From an uncultured Candidatus Saccharibacteria bacterium (GTDB lineage: Bacteria > Patescibacteriota > Saccharimonadia > Saccharimonadales > Saccharimonadaceae), in assembly GCA_964649505.1 (NCBI GenBank), contig CAZYRC010000001.1, forward strand, positions 1-32,449: a stretch of DNA of 32,449 nucleotides. Reading direction: 5' to 3'. Numbering within the stretch: the stretch's first letter is position 1; each line of letters begins with the position of its first letter. Positions 27,194-32,449 of the stretch are shown here, piece after piece. The translations under genes and the position numbers were made by a program. Below the pieces are notes generated by a model. The model had not been told where the DNA came from and did not search any database. It saw only the letters and a list, made by a program, of their open reading frames with translations.

Positions 27194-29011
27194 ATGGCAG
27201 AAACAAATGCGCTCAACCAAATCGTTGACAAGGTCAAAGATAGCAACAATATCTTGGTGACGGTCAACACAAATCCGTCAGTCGACGAATTGAGTGCTGC
27301 GCTCGGGATTACACTTTTGCTGAACAAGCTCGACAAGCACGCGACTGCTGTGTTTAGCGGTGACGTACCTCCTGCAATCGATTTTCTCAAACCCGACAAA
27401 ACGTTCGAAAACACGGTAGATAGCCTGCGAGATTTCATCATCGCTCTCGACAAAGAGAAGGCCGACCACCTCCGCTACAAAGTGGAAGGTGACATGGTGA
27501 AAATTTTTATCACGCCGTATCGTACGACAATCAATGACAAAGATCTTGATTTTAGCCAGGGAGACTACAACGTTGAAACAGTGCTCGCTATCGGTGTCAA
27601 AAGCGAAAAAGATCTCGATCACGCGCTCGAAAGTCACGGCAAGATTCTGCATGATGCGACGGTGACATCGATTTCACTGTCGGCGCCGTCAAATCTTGGT
27701 GGGATTGAATGGACCGACGCGTCAGCGAGTAGTTACAGCGAGATGCTGTATTCGCTCGCCGAAAAAGTCGTGGCAGGACGTGGTGATATCGACGAACAGA
27801 TTGCAAATGCATTTTTGACGGGAATTGTCGCAGCGACGGATCGATTTTCAAACTCGAAAACGTCCTCAAATGTCATGACGATTGCCGCGCAGCTCATGGC
27901 AGCGGGCGCAAACCAGCAACTGATCGCCACAAAGCTCGAAGAAGAGCACCAAATCACCGAAAAACCACAAAAAATCGAGAAAGCAAAAGAAGTCTCGTCG
28001 GAAAAAATCACCAAAAAGGACGCCGACGAGCCGAAAAAAGAAGAAAAATCTGACGATGGCGGCGCCGGTGCACTTGTCATTTCACATGTCCCCGAGGGAG
28101 ATGTGGATGAGGTTGCCAAACAAGTTGCAACTGACAAATCTGATGACGCGTATGATCACGCTCAGGAGGCCCTCGCAAAGCAATCTTCGACGGACGCCGC
28201 CGAGGCGGCAGAGCAAAAACTCGCCGAACAGCTCGCAACATCAACCAAGGCGGCACCTGCAACAAACGGTCTGCCAAGTGTTGCCGACCTCCAAAAAGAC
28301 ATCGCACGCGCCAGCGAAACAGCTCCTGTCGCACCCGCTCCATCGCCAGCTCCAGCACCAATGCATGGTGCGGTGAGCGATGATGCCTGGAAAAAATCTC
28401 GCACCGAAGAAGAGGCATCTGCGCCGTCGCTCGGGGGCACGCTGAATGCAACGACCGAGCAGGCCGAAGAGGACAAGCGTCGCCAGATCGAAGAGGACCG
28501 CAACCGCACGATTTTGACCCATGGCGGCTCCTACACCGCTGACACTCCAGCATTTCAGGCACCGCTCAATGCGACCGCCGCACTGAGCCAGACTCCTGAC
28601 GAACCAGATATTCATGATGTTTTCGAGGGTCAATCGACCGTCTCGACAAATAGTCACGCCGCTGCTATCCAGCCGCCAGCGCCAAATGCGCCGACCCCAA
28701 CGCTCGCCGAAATTGACGCGCAAAATCGCGTTGCGCATACGGATGCTCGTGATGCCGTCAGTGCTGCGCTCGATGGCGCCGCACCACAGCCCGCACCAGA
28801 GGCAGCTGCTGCGGATATGCCACCGCTGCCACCGCTTCCTCCGATGCCAGATTTTTCGACGTTGCCGCCGCTTCCAGGTGCTGAGCAGCCTCCACAAGTT
28901 TCGATTCCAGACAATCTCGGCGCACAGCTCGCTCCACCAGCAACACCTGTCCAGCCACAACCTGCACAGACCGGGGATCCTGCCCAATTCAAAATTCCTG
29001 GCCAGCCATAG
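27194..29011 (+). CDS. Degenerate DHH/NrnA-like domain plus a long acidic/Pro-rich disordered region
   Basis: NILVTVNTNPSVDELSAALG, ASSYSEM, ANAFLTGIVAATDRF, AAQLMAAGA; no DHH triad; ends DPAQFKIPGQP; upstream of truB. Confidence 0.75.
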   Translation: MAETNALNQIVDKVKDSNNILVTVNTNPSVDELSAALGITLLLNKLDKHATAVFSGDVPPAIDFLKPDKTFENTVDSLRDFIIALDKEKADHLRYKVEGDMVKIFITPYRTTINDKDLDFSQGDYNVETVLAIGVKSEKDLDHALESHGKILHDATVTSISLSAPSNLGGIEWTDASASSYSEMLYSLAEKVVAGRGDIDEQIANAFLTGIVAATDRFSNSKTSSNVMTIAAQLMAAGANQQLIATKLEEEHQITEKPQKIEKAKEVSSEKITKKDADEPKKEEKSDDGGAGALVISHVPEGDVDEVAKQVATDKSDDAYDHAQEALAKQSSTDAAEAAEQKLAEQLATSTKAAPATNGLPSVADLQKDIARASETAPVAPAPSPAPAPMHGAVSDDAWKKSRTEEEASAPSLGGTLNATTEQAEEDKRRQIEEDRNRTILTHGGSYTADTPAFQAPLNATAALSQTPDEPDIHDVFEGQSTVSTNSHAAAIQPPAPNAPTPTLAEIDAQNRVAHTDARDAVSAALDGAAPQPAPEAAAADMPPLPPLPPMPDFSTLPPLPGAEQPPQVSIPDNLGAQLAPPATPVQPQPAQTGDPAQFKIPGQP

Positions 29012-29056
29012 CGCCCTCACCGCAATTCCTCTCTGTTTTCGTGTATAATACCACTT

Positions 29057-29818
29057 ATGGATGAGGTGCTTTTGATCGACAAACCCGCCGAGATGACGAG
29101 TTTTGGTGTGGTGGCGCGAATTCGCCGCGTGTTGTCGAAGCAGGCCGGCAAAAAGGTCAAAGTCGGACACACCGGTACACTCGACCCCTTTGCGACGGGG
29201 CTGATGATTATAGTGACCGGCAAAGAAGGCCGCAATGCGGGGATGTATACTAAACTCGACAAGGTGTATGAGGCGACGTTTGTGCTGGGGCAGACGAGCA
29301 CGACGGGCGATCCGGAGGGGGAGATAACACCATATTTCCGGCTGGACTCGGCTCCCGCCTCTCAGGAACGGCTTCGCGCGGGAAATGTTTCGAGTACGCA
29401 TCGTTACATTTCACCGGCTACAGATGTTGCTGAGAAGCAGGAACCGAGCCAGCCTACATTAGCGCAAGTTCAAGAGGTGTTACGCCAATTCACCGGAGAA
29501 ATCAAGCAGCGCCCGCCGATTTTTAGTGCAATCAAAATCGATGGCCAGCGCGCGTACAAACTCGCCCGTGATGGCAAAGAGGTAGAGATGCCCGAGCGCA
29601 CTGTCTCGATTTATTCGCTCGAACTCATTGATTACACGTATCCTCAGATCAAAATTCGCACGCACGTCAGTAGCGGCACGTATATCCGGAGTCTCTGTGT
29701 CGACATCGGTGAAGCGCTCGGGACGGGTGCGTATTGTAGTGAGTTACGTCGGACGCGAATTGCTGATTTTGATGTGGCGGATGCGCGACAATTGAGTGAT
29801 TTTGGGATCACAGACTAA
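29057..29818 (+). CDS. truB: tRNA pseudouridine(55) synthase with an internal ~35-aa insertion
   Basis: IDKP, KVGHTGTLDPFATG, QRPPIFSAIKIDGQRAYKLAR, SSGTYIRSL, LRRT. Confidence 0.96.
   Translation: MDEVLLIDKPAEMTSFGVVARIRRVLSKQAGKKVKVGHTGTLDPFATGLMIIVTGKEGRNAGMYTKLDKVYEATFVLGQTSTTGDPEGEITPYFRLDSAPASQERLRAGNVSSTHRYISPATDVAEKQEPSQPTLAQVQEVLRQFTGEIKQRPPIFSAIKIDGQRAYKLARDGKEVEMPERTVSIYSLELIDYTYPQIKIRTHVSSGTYIRSLCVDIGEALGTGAYCSELRRTRIADFDVADARQLSDFGITD
29340..29454. mobile_element. ~115-nt imperfect palindrome inserted in frame in truB
   Basis: GGCTGG-A-CTCGG/CCGAGCCAGCC, TCTCAG/CTGAGA and GAAATGT/ACATTTC nested stems coincide with the extra peptide. Confidence 0.7.
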
Positions 29819-29827
29819 GGGGCAGCG

Positions 29828-30526
29828 ATGGATATTGAACTATATACAGGTGCGACAAAAGCAATTATTTCGACCAAAGGTGGCTACGTCACCAATCTTT
29901 CGGACGACCGGGGTGATATTTTGTTCCCGAAACGGACGCTTACGACGCCCGATGGCAGTGAAAAAACGCGCGGCGGGTGCCATGTCTGTCTGCCAAATTT
30001 TGGACCCGGTGGGGCGAGTGGCCTCGAGCAACATGGCTATGGACGCACGTCAGAATGGCGGGTTGTCGAACAGTCTGAGACGCGTGTAGAGCTCACCTGT
30101 GAGGGCATGGATGAGTATATGAGTATGGATTCGTTTTTGACCTACGAAGTGCATGAAACGGGCTTTACGATGCAATTACGGCTAAAAAACAAGGGGGAAT
30201 CACCCCTAAATGTCGCGCCAGCCTTTCATCCGTACTTTTATCGTAATGACCAGGCACCCGTGATCGACGGTGAGGCAATTCAGGATCTCGTGCCACTCGC
30301 TGCGACAGAATTTATCGACGGTCCGACGCATCAGGTTGATTTTGGCCGGGGACTGCGCCTCCACTCTAGCGAATTGACCCATTGGGCGGTCTGGACCGAC
30401 CAGCTCGGCGCTTATCTCTGTGTCGAGCCGACTCAGAGTGGCAACGCATTCGCAGATGACATCTCGCGCGCTGATACACTGGCGCCAGGCGAGGAAAAAA
30501 CATACAACTTCACGATCAAATGGTAG
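29828..30526 (+). CDS. Aldose 1-epimerase/galactose mutarotase-like protein
   Basis: RGGCHVCLPNFG, QHGYGR, FHPYF, VWT...LCVEP. Confidence 0.85.
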   Translation: MDIELYTGATKAIISTKGGYVTNLSDDRGDILFPKRTLTTPDGSEKTRGGCHVCLPNFGPGGASGLEQHGYGRTSEWRVVEQSETRVELTCEGMDEYMSMDSFLTYEVHETGFTMQLRLKNKGESPLNVAPAFHPYFYRNDQAPVIDGEAIQDLVPLAATEFIDGPTHQVDFGRGLRLHSSELTHWAVWTDQLGAYLCVEPTQSGNAFADDISRADTLAPGEEKTYNFTIKW

Positions 30527-30567
30527 TGACTTGAAATTTCAGAGGTAGTCTGGTAAAATAAATCACT

Positions 30568-30834
30568 ATGATATCAAAAGATGACAAAGCGAAAGCTATT
30601 GCTTTGACTCAGGTCAGCAAAAACGACGTTGGCAGCCCACAGGCGCAGGTGTCGATTTTGACGGCTCGTATCAAAGAGGTGACTGAACATCTCAAGACCA
30701 ACAAAGGCGACCACATGGCGCGCCGCGGTCTGATTCAGATGGTAGGGAAGCGCAAAAAGCTCCTGAAATACCTCGAGACGACTGACTTTGAGGCTTACAA
30801 AGCCACGCTGGAAAAATTAGGCTTGCGTAAATAG
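30568..30834 (+). CDS. rpsO: 30S ribosomal protein S15
   Basis: NDVGSPQAQVSILT, HLKTNKGDHMARRGL, LGLRK. Confidence 0.97.
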   Translation: MISKDDKAKAIALTQVSKNDVGSPQAQVSILTARIKEVTEHLKTNKGDHMARRGLIQMVGKRKKLLKYLETTDFEAYKATLEKLGLRK

Positions 30835-30838
30835 CCGC

Positions 30839-30869
30839 CAGAATCTCCCCTCCAGTAGGGGAGATTCTG
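30839..30869 (+). terminator. Hairpin after rpsO
   Basis: CAGAATCTCCCCT-CCAGT-AGGGGAGATTCTG. Confidence 0.75.
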
Positions 30870-30954
30870 TTATACTATAGATATCTCACCATGCGCACAT
30901 CCGGACGAGCCGGATCAATGGCAATCTAGCAACAGCAATATGCGAAGGAGAACC

Positions 30955-31416
30955 ATGCCGCACGAGGTTTATTTACTACCCGAAGATAGAGAGTATGCCG
31001 AGAAACGAATCCTCGAGCTTGAACAGATGATTCAAGATCTCGGGGTAGACTTTAACGATGCGTTTACACAAAGTAGCGAAACGTGGCACGATAATTCACC
31101 GTTCGAAGCAGTACGCGATAAGCAGTCTATGTATGCCGCCGAGCTCCATCAGCTTCGCACGCTGATTCGCAACAGTACCTTGGTGCCGCCGCGTCGTAAA
31201 CGGGGAGTGATTAATATCGGAGATCGAGTAACCCTCGATAACGGCAAACACTATCGCTTAGCAGGCGACTGGACGCACAAGGCCGGCCAGCATCGCGATG
31301 GCGTGATTTGGGTGAGCGCGGGGGCACCTTTGGCGCAACAACTTTGCGGAAAACAAGTTGGTGAAGTAGTTTTGCTTGCAGGGAAGCAGCACAAGATAAC
31401 GGAGATAATAAAATAA
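30955..31416 (+). CDS. GreA/GreB-family-like protein (divergent)
   Basis: Coiled coil with ETWHDNSPFE tip; IGDRV, VSAGAPLAQQLCGKQVGE C-domain; SD AAGGAG. Confidence 0.75.
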   Translation: MPHEVYLLPEDREYAEKRILELEQMIQDLGVDFNDAFTQSSETWHDNSPFEAVRDKQSMYAAELHQLRTLIRNSTLVPPRRKRGVINIGDRVTLDNGKHYRLAGDWTHKAGQHRDGVIWVSAGAPLAQQLCGKQVGEVVLLAGKQHKITEIIK

Positions 31417-32006
31417 AAGAATTGATATTTGCTACATCGAATCCAGGGAAGGTCGCGACACTTCAGCGATATTTCGATGCGGCGGACGTCGCGGTGACAG
31501 TTGTCGCGCGGGCGCTGGATATCGTCGAGATCCAGGCCGACACCGCACTCGAAGTTGCAAGAGCAAAGGCAGCTGAGGCCTATCGTCAGCTCGGTCACCA
31601 GCTTGTTGTCGACGATAGCGAGCTACGCATCGTCGCATTGAACGGCTTTCCCGGCCCCTACCAAAAAGCGATGACCGAAAAGCTCGGTCCCGAAGGGTTT
31701 GTGCGGCTACTTCAAGGTTATGACGACCGTCGCGCCTACTTCATCAGCAACCTCGTGTTTGTCGATGATGCGGGCAACCAACATGAGTTTAGCGATGACC
31801 CATACTGGGGCGAGATTGCTGGTAGTGTCGACACTACTGAGCGTGAAAATTCATGGGGTCCTCTCTGGAAGGTCTTTATCCCAAAGGGACTTAGTGTGAC
31901 GATTTCTCAGCTCTCTGCACCCGAGAAGAAAGCCTACGACGAATGGCGGGAAGATGTCGATGCCTATGAGAAGTTTGTTGACTGGTACAAGGAAAGACAT
32001 GCCTAG
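31413..32006 (+). CDS. Ham1/RdgB-family non-canonical NTP pyrophosphatase (divergent); start at ATA 31413 or TTG 31422
   Basis: FATSNPGK, EIQ, VARAKA, VDDSEL, LNGFPGPY; no SHR motif. Confidence 0.85.
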   Translation: MKELIFATSNPGKVATLQRYFDAADVAVTVVARALDIVEIQADTALEVARAKAAEAYRQLGHQLVVDDSELRIVALNGFPGPYQKAMTEKLGPEGFVRLLQGYDDRRAYFISNLVFVDDAGNQHEFSDDPYWGEIAGSVDTTERENSWGPLWKVFIPKGLSVTISQLSAPEKKAYDEWREDVDAYEKFVDWYKERHA

Positions 32007-32373
32007 GCGGTGGCAATCGGGGCGCGAGACGCACCTGCTTGATGATATTATTGCCGGTCGCAAAACTATTGAAGGGCGGCTCAATAAGGGAAAGTTCTCA
32101 GAGTATCGACCGGGCGACACCGTGAGCTTGCGGCGTGACTATCGCGACGAGAGTGGCGTTCTGCATGACGGCGAGCCAGACGCAGCGCGCGTTGAGATTG
32201 TGGCGATTCGTCATTATCCGACGTTTCTTGACATGGTAAAAACAGAGGGTTACAAAAAGGTCATTCCGTCCGCAGCCAATGCGACGGCCGCCGCCGATGA
32301 GTATAATCGCTACTACAGTACTGAGGACCAAGCGCTCTATGGTGTCCTCGCGATTGAGGTACGACCGATATGA
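31999..32373 (+). CDS. ASCH-domain protein
   Basis: IIAGRKTIEGRLN, PGD, HYPTF, YGVLAIE. Confidence 0.88.
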   Translation: MPRRWQSGRETHLLDDIIAGRKTIEGRLNKGKFSEYRPGDTVSLRRDYRDESGVLHDGEPDAARVEIVAIRHYPTFLDMVKTEGYKKVIPSAANATAAADEYNRYYSTEDQALYGVLAIEVRPI

Positions 32374-32449
32374 TAGTACTGACACGTGATGAGTTCGCTA
32401 CTCGCGTAAAGATGGTTGGTATAAAACCTCGCTTGAGGCGTAGCTTGCG
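32370..32449 (+). CDS. Partial hypothetical CDS running off the window
   Basis: ATGA overlap with the ASCH stop; open frame MIVLTRDEFATRVKMVGIKPRLRRSL. Confidence 0.6.
   Translation, partial: MIVLTRDEFATRVKMVGIKPRLRRSL

Noticed and set aside
8707-29401. Long antisense ORFs (8707..9804, 15920..16795, 19820..20803, 21293..22342, 28241..29401)
   Set aside because: Shadow frames of well-supported genes, with no motifs or start signals
29340-29454. Archaeal cbf5-type bulge-helix-bulge intron in truB
   Set aside because: The frame is preserved without splicing, I see no clear BHB motif, and bacteria lack the splicing endonuclease
512-30834. Genome-wide TAG reassignment (suggested by in-frame TAGs after nrdA, in dnaG and after the permease)
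   Set aside because: argS (PEKM) and rpsO (GLRK) end at their canonical termini with TAG, and long conserved genes contain no other internal TAG
2766-31998. Longer starts in the ORF track (2766, 11816, 18086, 20548, 21368, 30940, 31954)
   Set aside because: SD sites, -10 elements or stop/start overlaps support the downstream starts

Overview
Housekeeping-rich bacterial window. Gene content, short proteins and many leaderless promoters suggest a Patescibacteria (probably Saccharibacteria/TM7) genome; this is inference. It holds an ABC exporter, a ribonucleotide reductase locus, a direct-repeat-flanked two-gene cassette, pyrG, argS, mscL, orn, dnaG-rpoD, polA, mutM, holA/rpsT, a degenerate DHH protein, truB, rpsO and a GreA-like/Ham1/ASCH operon. 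The best lead is the RNR locus. The beta subunit has class Ic (Mn/Fe, no tyrosyl radical) signatures. NrdA lacks its C-terminal shuttle cysteines, and an unannotated 57-aa ORF right behind it, with its own SD, ends in CEGCQ: apparently the redox tail supplied as a separate protein. Other leads are a cassette with an SH3-like plus distantly colicin-M-like secreted protein and a candidate immunity gene, a ~115-nt palindrome inserted in frame in truB, an in-frame TAG splitting dnaG, and three single-base frameshifts that may be assembly errors.
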